A stretch of 64,000 bases of DNA. Source: Anthoceros angustus (Eukaryota; Plantae; Anthocerotophyta). The notes under the pieces are model-generated. The model saw only the letters and a list, made by a program, of their open reading frames with translations, did no database searches and was not told the DNA's origin. The stretch lies in the NCBI GenBank assembly GCA_010909165.1, contig MU008185.1:558001-622000 (forward strand). The letters are read 5' to 3'. Made by a program: the position numbers and the translations under genes. Positions 13,001 through 24,519 of this stretch are shown here, in pieces (within the stretch, counting starts at the first letter, position 1; every line of letters begins with the position of its first letter).

Positions 13001-13358
13001 TGTGACTCGACAACCTGTCAAAGGACGCAAGCTCGGAGGTGGAATTCGATTTGGGGAGATGGAACGAGATTCACTCCTTGCACATGGCGCAGCTTATCTG
13101 TTATACGATCGGCTTCACGCATGTTCTGACTATCATACTGCCGACGTTTGCTCCCTATGTGGAAGTCTAATTTCGGCTGCTCCTGCATTGGACCCTATAG
13201 TACCTGGAGGGCTGGCCAAGAGGAAGAAAGTGGTGTGCAGAGTCTGTAATACGAGTAAGGGGATAGAGAAAGTGGCAATACCGTATGTGTTCCGTTATCT
13301 TGCAGCAGAGCTAGCAGCCATGAACATAAAGCTCACACTGAAGGTTTCTGGTCCGTAG
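7092..13358 (+). CDS. NRPA2: DNA-directed RNA polymerase I second-largest subunit (RPA2/RPA135), ~27 coding exons
   Basis: [38 protein letters not shown]-like, [67 protein letters not shown]-terminal Zn site and [16 protein letters not shown]. The Pol I-type motifs are split by short introns. Confidence 0.95.
7291..7410 (+). other. U12-type (minor spliceosome) AT-AC intron 1 of NRPA2
   Basis: 5' site ATATCCTA, branch GCCTTGAC at 7394-7401, 3' end AC at 7409-7410. Removal joins ...[14 protein letters not shown] in frame. Confidence 0.85.
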
Positions 13359-13663
13359 TTTTCTCTTCTTTTTGACGTTGCGGCACTTTGTAATGTTGAG
13401 AAGCATTTCGATGCTTAGCCAATAAGTGATTCTCTTCATGGAAAGCCGCATCCAGGATTCCAGTGGTGTGTGAAACTATGAAAAGACTAGGTACTTCTTA
13501 ACATCATGTAGCTCGCACCTTCTGCCACGAAAACTGCGTACACACATAATCGCGTCCGGGTTTAAAATGCCACTCATTTCCTTCCCGCCAGAACTGGGAA
13601 CCTGAGACGGAGCCGGAGTCCGCTGGTGATCGTCCGCCAGTGACCAGGAGGAATTCCTTGAGC

Positions 13664-15346
13664 ATGGAGCTGTGCGACGAATGTAAAGAGCGCAACTCGC
13701 GAGGGTGGGACTCTTTGGTGGAGTGGGACGAAGTGAAGGAGAGGACCTGCTCAAAGTGCGGAAGCTGGTTCGAGCATCCCCATTTCCTGCTGAATGTCTT
13801 GCGTGGTCAGTTGGAGGAACCCTTGGATTCTCACAGCTTCGAAATGAAGCCTTCTCTGTGGAGCAATCTGCCCTCGGAGTGTTTGCCACTAATTCTGGCC
13901 AGGCTGCCATTGGGCAGCCGCGTACGCTTCTCCATAGTTTGCAAGACCTGGCAGTCCCTCTTGGCATCGTCAGGTTTTAAGCGCTTGTGTGATTCCGTGG
14001 AGCCTCCTGAACCTCCAGTCTGCAGGCTGCAGTACAAGCCTGGCAAACTGGTTCCTTGCAAGCCGTGCGCTCAAAGGGCGTCTGAAATCGATGAGTTGGA
14101 GGATGTCAAGGTTGGCTTATCCTTTCTTCCTCCCAAATTCCAGGCTTTCCATTTCCGAGAGTACGTTGTGCACGACGGGTTGGTTTGCATCTTCAAGGTT
14201 GAGAGACATGAGACTGAAAAACCCAAGGTTGAGACTGAGCGTCTCCAGATGTCTCTATCTCATTCATTTGACGCTGGGGTAGGAGATGGGGACGAGGATG
14301 AGGATGATGTGGACGAGGGGGGGGAGCAGGGGGATTATGAGGAGGACGAGGAGAGGGATGAGGAGGGATATTTCATGGCAGACGATGAGGACGAGAAGTA
14401 TGATGAGGAGGATGAGGATTATGATGAGGAGGATGTCGAGTTTAATCTTTATGGGCCCGTCATAGGCAGCAGGGAGAATGCGGTACGCAGCGGCGAGAGT
14501 GTAGTAGGGATGAGTTTCTGCGTTGCCAATCCTGTTATGAGAACATTCAAAGAGCTGCCCCAGGAGTTTGGGAAGGAAGATGACTTTCATGACCATCGAT
14601 CCCGATGGAGAGTCCAGCTTGAGGTGGATGCAAGCGGGCACTTCACCGTCATGGTTTTGTGTATGCGGAAAAATGAACCAACTGTAACCATCTACAGGTC
14701 CAAGGATAATAGCTGGGAAGCCACGGCCCTGACTCTCCCACTCTGGTTCATTGGCAGGTACGATAATGGCTATCACTGGCCTCAGTATGTTTTGTGCAAT
14801 GGTGAACTGTGCACAGCAGAGATGGACAACTATATGAAGATTCACAGTCTCAAAAGTGGCCGAATTATTTGGGATCGGAACCTGGATGACGAAAGTTTCC
14901 ACGAAGAGGAGAGTACGGAGCCGAGACAAATCTGCAACGTCTTTGCGTGGCGGGGGAAAATATTTTGCCTTGAACAAGGCTTCGGGCAGCACAAGGTGGA
15001 TGTTGGGGTTTGGGAGCTGGAAAGGAGCCCATATACCTGGCGGAAGGTATCGTTCCTACCTGAGCATTTGCAGGAAATGCTCATGAAACCAATGACGCCC
15101 GAGACGTTGCAGATAAAGGAGCGGTTTAAGATGACGGAGCGGATGGTCACCTTGGATGGAGCTTCCTTGATGGGTGATACCCTGTACTTCACTATTGAGA
15201 CTGGCTTTGACCTGCTCGGTGGGTGCGAGGACTTGGTGGGATATAACATTCTGGACAATACATGGAGCCTCATTTGCGAAGGCGTCGGTACCTCACTCTG
15301 GATCCAAGTGTCCTATCTCTTCCGACCAAATGACTTCGTTGTTTGA
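13664..15346 (+). CDS. F-box protein (intronless) with an N-terminal CxxC/CxxC motif, acidic insertion and putative beta-propeller-like C-terminus
   Basis: Long ORF with F-box WSNLPSECLPLILARLPLGSRVRFSIVCKTWQSLL, F-box-associated motifs HDGLVC and VANPVMRTFKELP, and a D/E tract at ~14285-14440. Confidence 0.85.
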   Translation: MELCDECKERNSRGWDSLVEWDEVKERTCSKCGSWFEHPHFLLNVLRGQLEEPLDSHSFEMKPSLWSNLPSECLPLILARLPLGSRVRFSIVCKTWQSLLASSGFKRLCDSVEPPEPPVCRLQYKPGKLVPCKPCAQRASEIDELEDVKVGLSFLPPKFQAFHFREYVVHDGLVCIFKVERHETEKPKVETERLQMSLSHSFDAGVGDGDEDEDDVDEGGEQGDYEEDEERDEEGYFMADDEDEKYDEEDEDYDEEDVEFNLYGPVIGSRENAVRSGESVVGMSFCVANPVMRTFKELPQEFGKEDDFHDHRSRWRVQLEVDASGHFTVMVLCMRKNEPTVTIYRSKDNSWEATALTLPLWFIGRYDNGYHWPQYVLCNGELCTAEMDNYMKIHSLKSGRIIWDRNLDDESFHEEESTEPRQICNVFAWRGKIFCLEQGFGQHKVDVGVWELERSPYTWRKVSFLPEHLQEMLMKPMTPETLQIKERFKMTERMVTLDGASLMGDTLYFTIETGFDLLGGCEDLVGYNILDNTWSLICEGVGTSLWIQVSYLFRPNDFVV

Positions 15347-16422
15347 GAGGAGGATTCGTTTCAAACCTGTCCAGCGTGCTTTCAAACAATGAAGTACCCG
15401 CTGGCGCTCTCCAAGTTCGTTGAGTGTGCAAATGAGGGTGTGAGATTCGATTGTGCATCTAATGTGCGAAGCATGTGGTGGCTGCTGTAGAGTTGGTTGC
15501 ATGGGATGCCTTGACTGCTGGGGTGCACGGCAGCCAAAAGGCATGCGCACCTCTGCCGATTCCTTTTAAGGATTCTCTCGAGTTCGCCTTGGACGGCATA
15601 GAACAGGTGTCCACCGCATGGTGCTTGTCCTTTGTTGCCTGCCCAGCTTCTCTGCCCTCTGGACACGAGCTTCCTTGCCTAAATCCTAGACAGAGCTGAT
15701 GGATGAGGAATGGATCGTGAACCTAGCCAATCCGAGGGCCATTCCAGTGATGGGAAAATCATTTTTTGTTCACAAGGGCTGTTGTCAAACACAATTTCTG
15801 TTCGACAACATTACTTTCTGTCCAATATTGCTCTGTCCAGGACTGCTTGTGTCCAAAATTGGTCATCCAAATTTGTCTAAAAACGCGCTACATCTAAACT
15901 CGCTGATCTTTTTTCCAGCTGCCGAATTTCAACAAAGGATCGAAGCACTGAAAGCTTTCTCACAAAATCCTGGTAGGGCAAGGAGGGAAGCCACCTCCAA
16001 GCTGCAGGCTTCTGGCTCAAATCAAGAGCCACGATTGTGTCCAAATTCTCCTGCATGATGTACACCTTGTCTTGCCTCGATCAAGTTACGCTCCACAACC
16101 TCTTTTCCAATTGCACATAGCGTGAAGAGGAAGAAGAGGAGTATGGCGCACCTAGTGGCGACTGGTTTCTCACTGGCACGCTCGAATATATACCGAACCG
16201 AGGAGCTCGAGGGCGTAACGTAGCTGAACGCAATGCATCTGCAGCTTTCACTCGACTCCATCCTACAAGGACTGGACATGATCCAGTTGTTGGAGCATCA
16301 CTTTCTAATATGATCAACAAGTGGGAGTGAAGAGATATACCCAAACACAACTCTCTCCGATCAGTCACCTCCTCCCAACTTCGAAGACAAAGCGTCCATA
16401 TTTCGCAGACTGTATCTTTCTT

Positions 16423-16708
16423 TAGTCTATTTTACAACACGGTCCGTTGCAAAGCCCGATTGTACGTTGTAAAACGTTTAAGAGGGCCAGGATTAGGCCT
16501 CTCACATGTTTTTACAACATATGTACAACCTAGTCTAATTTTACAACACGATCCATTGCAAACCGCTTTTGTACGTTGTAAAACGTTTAAGAGGGCCAGG
16601 ATTAGGCCTCTCACATGTTTTTACAACATATGTACAACCTAGTCTAATTTTACAACACGATCCATTGCAAACCGCTTTTGTACGTTGTAAAACGTTTAAG
16701 AGAGGCCA
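16423..16708. repeat. 108-109-bp tandem repeat (~2.6 copies); diverged further copies at ~17104-17270
   Basis: Units start at 16423, 16531 and 16640 (TAGTCTA(A)TTTTACAACACG...); each contains inverted TTTTACAAC...GTTGTAAAA. Confidence 0.9.
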
Positions 16709-17816
16709 AGACTGCCATGTTCACTCACTTCCGGGGGGAAAGCCTGTCTCCCAGGGCTACCGTCTTCAAAGACGGATCTTCCTTGCACGTCAAGGTCGTG
16801 GGAGGAGGAGGTATGAGGGAGTAGATGTGGAGAGATTTGACTGAGCTTCTTCCAAAGAATAGAAGTGGTCCTCTCGGAAGTTAGCCTCCTCAGGTAACAA
16901 GACCTGCTGGTGTGCCCAGTCTTCTTGCTGGTTCCAGAAGTTTGGATTTTGTCCCAAGAGTCTTCCAACCCACCCTCTCTTCTAATTTCTCCCCCCTCCC
17001 CCAAATAAGTCCATCCGCCTTGAGTTGCAAACTACCTATTTGTCTTATACCTGGTCTCCTGTCTCTCCCTTACCCACTAAGCTCGATACCTATGCCTTCC
17101 ACGAATTTTACAACATAGTGTAATTTTCAACACAGCCCATTGCAAGGCACACTTGTATGTTGTAAAATGTATGACAAGGCCGGGATCAGGCCTTTGCATG
17201 TTTTACAACAAATTCACAACGTAGTCTCATGTACAAGGTCCATTGCAAAGCGATCTTGCATGTTGTATATGCCTCAGTCAGGCTTCCAGATCTTTTATGT
17301 CGACTAGTTTGCAGTGTACATTGTAAGCGCGATGACATTGACAAATTCACAGGAGCCACCGGCGGTAGTCGTAGAGAGACACAAGCCACGGTTCCCCAAG
17401 TGTACCACTTGCTTTCAGGCTCTCAAATAAATCATAGGAAGACTAAGGAAACAGCACAGGAACCGTAGCTGGCCGCAACCAGCACTCCACAACACCCTCA
17501 TGCAAGAGAGATGCACCACCTTCAAGCAAGAGACATGCACCACCTTCAGGCAAGAGACATGCAGTCCTCTTCATAGGTCATTTAGTTGTCAAACAACTTC
17601 CACCAAAACCTGGAAGATGCAATCCAAGTTTTCAACAGCTGAACGGCCCATGAAAGAGGACTACAGGCCAATGATGCATAATGCAGTGTTGGGCACCTGG
17701 TGGACATGTTTGAAAGAAGTGGAAGGTGGTTCATGTGGTACTCCTTAATGTATGCATCATGTGGGGACTTGCGTGGTGGGCATGTAATTTGTATTTGATG
17801 AAGCTGATCATGTTAC

Positions 17817-18075
17817 TTTTGCTTGTAAAAAAGCCCCTCTTCGTAATGAGCTCAAGTTAGTAGGAAAGGCATGTGCATGCAATCGGCCTAGGTGTTATCA
17901 AATAGGGGCACCTGTAGCTGGGATCAAAAATATGTAGGCTCCTATTATTTTTGCTTGTACAAGAGCCCCTCTTGGCAATGGTCTCAAGTTGGTAGGAAAG
18001 GGCATGTGCATGCCGTCGGCCTAGGTATTATCAAACAGGGGCACCTGCAAATAAGGTAAAAAAGATGTAGGCTCC
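17817..18075. repeat. ~130-bp diverged tandem duplication
   Basis: TTTGCTTGTA..AGCCCCTCTT...GGCATGTGCATGC..TCGGCCTAGGT.TTATCAAA.AGGGGCACCTG...ATGTAGGCTCC occurs twice, differing mainly by substitutions. Confidence 0.8.
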
Positions 18076-19388
18076 CTAGTGATCATGATTTGGTTATGGC
18101 CTAACCATGTGAGTTGGAATGGCGAGTTTTTGTGAATTGTTGTCCAACGTGCATGTTCAATTGGCTACCGTGAATGATGCTTTCGATCCCCTAGAGGAGT
18201 CTTGAGGGGAAGAGAGTACTAACCAGGCAAGAGTCCGTGTCACTATGCTATAAGATGCTAATCGGATGCTAGTTCATATGGCTTCCCGCATCAAGCAATC
18301 ACGTTTTGAGTTGCAGTGTACACCACAAAGTGCCGACACTGCGTTTGCTTAGTAGTCATCGAACATGGTCATGATCCACTGTGGCCAAGCTGACTATGTT
18401 AGTTTTTTGCTTTGAGACAAAAGAGTAACATGGTCAGCTTCATCACACATAGATTACATGTGCACCAGGCAGGTCGCCACATAATGCATGCACTCAGCAA
18501 TACCAAAGTTGATGCACTGTGAAAACGTTTGGAAGCATAGGTGCCAACAGAATGAAGCTTTCCTAAAAAAATACCATGAATACAACGAAACGGTAGAGGA
18601 AGCAGAGGTAGCCACGATCAGCACTCTATAAAACCCTTAGGCAAGAGACATGCACCACCATCTATGAGTGCAATCGCATTCCTTCCACAATTTGTGAGCG
18701 CAGCTACGTGCCCTTAACACCATAATATTTGAAGCGGCTGAATATACATCAAGCGGCTTTTGAGTTGAATATACGGCAAACAGGGTTTTCGATGGGCATT
18801 GACAGGCCATATTTGAGCATACCCTGCAGAAGATGGCACACAATAAGGGTGTCATGATCGCCCTCTACATGCTATCATGGGACACATTTGTACAGGAAGG
18901 GTCCGTCAAATAGGACGAGCATTGTTTTTGCTAGAAACGATGCCCATGTCCTTAGAGCATGCGATACGTTTAGCAACCGTAAATGACCACGGGCAACGAC
19001 CCCTGGGGCAACTTTGGAGGGAATGCGTACACATATTTATACTCTCTTGCTATACACCCATCTATGGACATGGTGGACGAGGTTGTCGACAACAGGATAG
19101 GGTTAAAAGGCCGGCCGAACGGAAGAACCGCCGGATCTGGGCGCCGGCATGCCGGCGCCTGTGTCCGCCCAAGAGGGACGTGTCGAGGCGTGGCGTGTAG
19201 GCGTAGCGTTGAATGACTTTCCCACTGTAGGACTCACTTCTTCAAGCAGTTTAACGAATCGCGGCCTTCGAGGACTAGTCATTTCGGCACGATCGGCGAA
19301 CGGACAAAATGAACAAAATTTGCTTCCTCCAAGTGGCTGTGCACAAAGCACCTTGCAAATCCGTCAGGGAACAAGGCATATATTCCTA

Positions 19389-22300
19389 TCATTCCTCGCC
19401 TATCTCGAGTCCCTCCCCGCCAGATATGTCGGCTTCATCACCTGATTCATCGCTGTCCATTACACCATCTGGGGTTGCAGGCTTGAGGTGGGCTCGTAGA
19501 GCACTCATCTTCTCTTTGATCGCTTTCTTGTCGGCAGCGTACAGATGTTTCCTTGTGTTTAGCTTGAACCCATAATAAACGATAACCATTTTCGAGCGAA
19601 TAACCACGTATATTAGGTGGATTGTGTTGTTTGCCCTCTTCCTTTTGGTGACCGCCTTCGTCATTCTCAACTCGAGGATGACTTCCGCCATATACTTCCT
19701 TCAGAGGCCTCTGTGGTCCGTCCTCCACCAATGCACAAGTAAGTAAGGATCGGTGCGGTGAAATGGACTTCCACAACCTTTGCGAGCGAGCTACATTGTG
19801 TATGTCACCCTCACAAGGCGTTATAATGAACATGCCTTTCTCTATCTCCATGATATCCCCATTCATCCTTTCACACTCTTGTCCTTGACGATCGCACTCG
19901 GTGGGGTCCTAAGTACATGTCCCTTTGGGGAATCTCCCATAACAATGCTTCATCTAGAACAACAACCCTTGCGTGGCGTGAATTTGCTTCCTCCAGTGGT
20001 GGACAAGGCACCTTGCAAATCCGTCGGGGAACAAGGCATATATTCCTATCATTCCCTGCTATCTCGAGTCCCTCCCGCCGGATATGTCCATCACGATTCA
20101 TCGTCCATTACACCATCGGGGTTGCGGGCTTGAGGTGGGCTCGTGAGCACTCATCTTCTCTTTGATCGCTTTCTTGTCGGCGTCTGAGATGTTTCCTTGC
20201 GTTTAGCTTGAACCCATAATAAGCGATAACCATTTTCGAGCGAATAACCACGTATATTAGGTGGATTGTGTTGTTTGCCCTCTTCCTTTCGGGTGTGACC
20301 TTCGTCATTCTCAACTCGAGGATGACTTCCATATACTTCCCTTGTGCGTCTGTGGTGTCCTCCACCAATGCACAAGTAAGTAAGGATCGGTGCGGTGAAA
20401 TGGACTTCCACAACCTTTGCGAGCGAGCTACATTGTGTATGTCACCCTCACAAGGCGTTATAATGAACATGCCTTTCTCTATCTCCATGATATCCCCATT
20501 CATCCTTTCACACTCTTGTCCTTGACGGCACCTGGTGGGGTCCTAAGTACATGTCCCTTTGGGGAATCTCCCATAACAATGCTTCATCTAGAACAACAAC
20601 CCCACCTTGGTGGGCCGTGGTGCGTCGGTATTGCTCAGCCATTACCACTTCCATGGTTTTTCCTAGAGACCAATATTGTTGTCTACGATACATGCAATCT
20701 CCTCTGATCCTTCGAACATTGTCCACCATTGTTCTTCTTGTCATTGACATATGTTGGTAGATTTAGCATTCCTTTCCAAATAAGCAACCCCACAGAATAA
20801 ATCATCCAACACCACCTCTTTTGTCCTTGGCTTGGGCGCCATCAAAGGTGCCGGGCTAATATCGTTTATTGGAACAAGCGTCGAGAACTCAAGCCATCTT
20901 GACTCCCAGGAGGAGAGGTTGAATCACTTACTCCGGATAAGCTGTTACTTTCCACGATTGATTTCTCCTCGTGTGATTTTGAGCGATGTTGAAGCGATAG
21001 ATTGTTCAATTGTTTCACGTGACCTTATCTTGATATCTGCTGCGCCCTTTGTTATAGGCCGACATACGTCGAAGTCCGGAACCTCGGTCAACACCTGCAC
21101 CTCCGGGTTGGGCGTATCTGTCTTATCAAGGTTTCCATAGCTGGTAGGGTTTTCACCTCCTTGTGCTTCATATGTTTAGAGAAGCAAGAGAACATCTGGT
21201 CCACTTGGTCGTGTATGCCCTCGAGGAGAAATCCGACCTTCACCTTTTCAAAGGTGCCCACCTCAACAAGCATATTGAGTGCATAAAAAGCAATTGGTTC
21301 TTATTCTCCCGGCATGTGTTATCCATGCAAATATAGAATTTTGGAAGGAACCCATTATACGTGTGGATAACGTCACGAATAATAGCAATAGTCAAGTTTG
21401 CATCATTCCTCAGTTCGCAAAGTGGAGATCATACAGCTTTCAAAGTATAATTGTGTACCATGCACCCACCACGTGCTGTATCGTGATCCTCCTTGAGGTC
21501 CTTGACCATCTCAAAATATCGGCAACTCGTCTTCTTGATCCATCCGTCAATGCATAGTAATATGTATTTCGAGGGACGTGTAGCTTTTAGTGCGATGCTT
21601 CATCAACTTCTTCCTCTCGTTCATCAATTGTGTTCGATGTTTATTTAAAGCGTCGAGAACTCAAGCCATCTTGACTCCCAGGAGAGGTTGAATCGCTTAC
21701 TCCGGATAAGCTGTTACTTTCCCGATTGATTTCTCCTCGTGTGATTTTGAGCGATGTTGAAACGATAGATTGTTCCAATGACCTTATCTTGATATCTGCT
21801 GCGCCCTTTGTTATAGGCCAAACATCGTACGTTAAATCCGGAACCTCGGTCACCTCCGGGTTGGGCGTATCTGTATCAAGGTCTCCATAGGTAGGGTTTT
21901 CACCTCCTTGTGCTTCATATGTTTAGAGAAGCAAGAGAACATCTGGTCCACTTGGTCGTGTGTATGCCCTCACGAGGAGAACCGACCTTCACCTTTTCAA
22001 AGGTGCCCACCTCCTAAACACTTGAGGAGTCTAAAAAGCAATTGGTTCTTGTTCTCCCGGCATGTGTTATCCGGTACAAATATAGAATTTTTGGAAGCAA
22101 CCCATTATACGTGTGGATAATGTCACGAATAATAGCAATAGTCAAGTTTGCATCATTCCTCAGTTCGCAAAGTGGAGATACGCCCGCTTTCAAAGTATAA
22201 TTGTGTACCATGCAGCCCTAGCGTCGTTATCGCAGGCGATCCTCCTTGAGGTCCTTCCTTGACCATCTCAAAATATGCGGCAATTCGGTCTTCTTGATCC

Positions 22301-22420
22301 ATCCGTCAATGCATAGTAACATGTATTTACGAGGGACGGTGCACGTGCGATGCTTCATCAACTTCTTCCTCTCGTTCATCAATTGTGTTCGATGTTTATT
22401 TAAAGCGTCCTGATATACAT
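19389..22420 (-). mobile_element. Sola-like DDD transposase, disrupted; catalytic part duplicated (~20870-21650 / 21650-22420) and C-terminal part duplicated (~19310-19980 / 19980-20620)
   Basis: Across frames: H..Q..ER....KHR...PRKYMLLCIDG(M)DQ..T.LPH, DANLTIAII, LYL.MDNTCRENKNQ, MLVEVGTFEKVKVGFLL.GHTHDQVDQMFSCFS. This is the IDGMDQ / DNxxRENKN / GHTHxxxDQxFS signature of Sola-type transposases as recalled. Confidence 0.7.
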
Positions 22421-22664
22421 CTGCAAAATACAGCACTGAACCAGTTAGAATGGACACCTGGGTTAGTTCCCATACTGGGTTAGCCCAACCGAAACTACAA
22501 ACATTTTATTTCCAGAGGACATGCCGGCAACATGCCTTCAGAGTCACCCCGCGTGCCAATGCCATCCCACGGCATAAGCATGACAGGGCAGAGGAAGGCC
22601 CGCGCCCAACCATCCAGTTTGCAACTATGCGGTGGAGGACTCTTGACGGCAACCTAACCGAATG

Positions 22665-23184
22665 GCGGCGCCGCATGCGGCGCCCGCCATTGGTGCCGTC
22701 GCGTCGCCGGAGGGTAGGGTGCGGCATGCCGGCGACCCTGCGACTCGGGCGCGGCCTGGCGCCCTCCAGATGCCGGGCCAGTCTTGGAGGGTGGTCGCCG
22801 GCATGCGGCAACCCTAAACCGAATGGCGGGCGCCGGCATCGGGCGAAGCGGCCGGCATGCCGGGCGGCATGCCGGCCGGCATGCGGCGCCCGGCATGCGG
22901 CGCCCTTTCTGCCGTGTGGAGGAGGCGCAAGCATGACGCCCTCCCAGCAGGGCCAGCATGCGGCGCCCTTCAGCGGCGGCATGCCGGCCCTACCATGCCG
23001 CCCCGAAGGGCGCGCGCGCCCTCTCCGGCGCCGGCATGCGGCCTCCCAGGGCGCCGCATGCCGGCGCCCTTCAAGGCATGCCGGCACCCTACCATGCCGC
23101 GCCGGAGGCGCCGCATGCCGCCACCCTCTCCGGCGCCGGCATGCACCACATTGAGCGCCGACATTGAGCATTGAGCGCGCCCTC
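22665..23184. repeat. GC-rich array of GCCG(G)CATGC(C)GGC palindromes, probably the subterminal region of the Sola-like element
   Basis: Many copies of the CGGCATGCCG/CGCATGCCG motif, ending in ...GCGCGCCCTC at 23184. One matching palindrome occurs at ~19140-19160 on the other side of the transposase. Confidence 0.65.
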
Positions 23185-23229
23185 ACGTGGCCGGTGAGTG
23201 GAAGATGCAAAAGGCTTTTGCATCTTCCA

Positions 23230-23400
23230 GCTCCTCCATCAGTCCTCTTTCATGGGTCGTTCAAAGCCGAGCATGAGGCATTTTCCTGTTCACCAAATTT
23301 TGCATACATGTCCACCAGGTAGGTGCCCACCACTACATTCTCCAGGCAGGCCGATCCCTTGCTGTATAATAAGGGCATTCCATGTCACCACTCCTGACAA
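23230..23400 (-). pseudogene. PPR (PLS-type) gene fragment
   Basis: Minus-strand peptides VVTWNALI and ENVVVGTYLVDMYAKFG are classic PLS-PPR consensus pieces. Related pieces at ~17605-17715 (+) and ~51880-51955 (-). Confidence 0.55.
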
Positions 23401-24519
23401 AGCAAGCAAGACTACAAAAGTGAGGCCAGGGAATCACCACTAGTTGTCCATCATAGTGAAGACTAAACTAGTAGGTTCTTTGAAATCTGAAGACATAGTC
23501 ATCCCCCACTTAAGACGATCCATCTAACGTAGGGGTTGTGGTTCAATAGTTGTCCATCATAGCACTATGATGGACAGAACCAGTAGACTCTTCGAAATCT
23601 AAAGAAACAGTTATCCCCCACTCGCCAAGACCACATCTATGGTGCTCCCATTCCACCTCCATAAGATGATATAGCTGACGTAGGGCGCGTCGTTCTACCA
23701 CTGTCCATGAGTCTCCAAAATTTGTCAATTTATTCTCCAAAACCTGGAAGGAGGATTCGCACCTACTCCTCTCAAGGTACTTAGCTGCTAATTTGAGAAG
23801 GTGGGCCCTACTAGAAAAGGGCACCCTATGTTACACTTTATGTTAAGATTTGGACCCCTGGATGTAACACTCATGTTGCAATTTTGGGGTCATGTAACAC
23901 TTATTGCGCCCCTTGTTACACTTTGGCTTGGAAACCATACCACGGCCGTTGTTGCAATCATGTTGCAATGGTGTTGCAATTATGTTAAGATGAAGAGAGG
24001 TGGTTTTGCCTCTCTCAAAATTGCAACATGATTGCAACATCTAAAGTGTTACAAGAGAGGTCTTGTAACACTTTTGGAGGCTTATGCGAACCTCCTCCCC
24101 ATCCACTATTCCTTTTACTTTTGCCCTTGGCAATACCACGCTTTACTTGGTAGTTACCATGTCCCTTCAATACGACCATATATAAAATACACATGCGAAT
24201 ACATCCTTATACTATACACATGTAGTCTCGGCGATAAATGTAATATATTATTCTAAGTGCTATAAGGGCGTATTCAATTTCATATAAAATAAGTTTGTAT
24301 ACTATGTATTCCATACGTATACATATTCATGATGCGGTACTATGTATTTACTATCGTGTAAATAGCCGGCTCTTTCTACCCCTACTTTATAGCATGCATG
24401 CAGTGCGGTTTGTCCTTCCACGTCACCAATAGCCAGCCGCCCATAGTCCCCACCTATCACCTTATTGTGACGCATCACTGAGGTTATGCCCCTACAAGAT
24501 TGTCTTTGTCGGAGGAGTT

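Noticed and set aside
15750-15900. Left TIR pairing with 51700-51840 to make one 36-kb element
   Set aside because: Only short, non-colinear similarities and no TSD.
16423-16708. CRISPR-like array
   Set aside because: Whole units repeat with no unique spacers; eukaryotic context and no cas genes.
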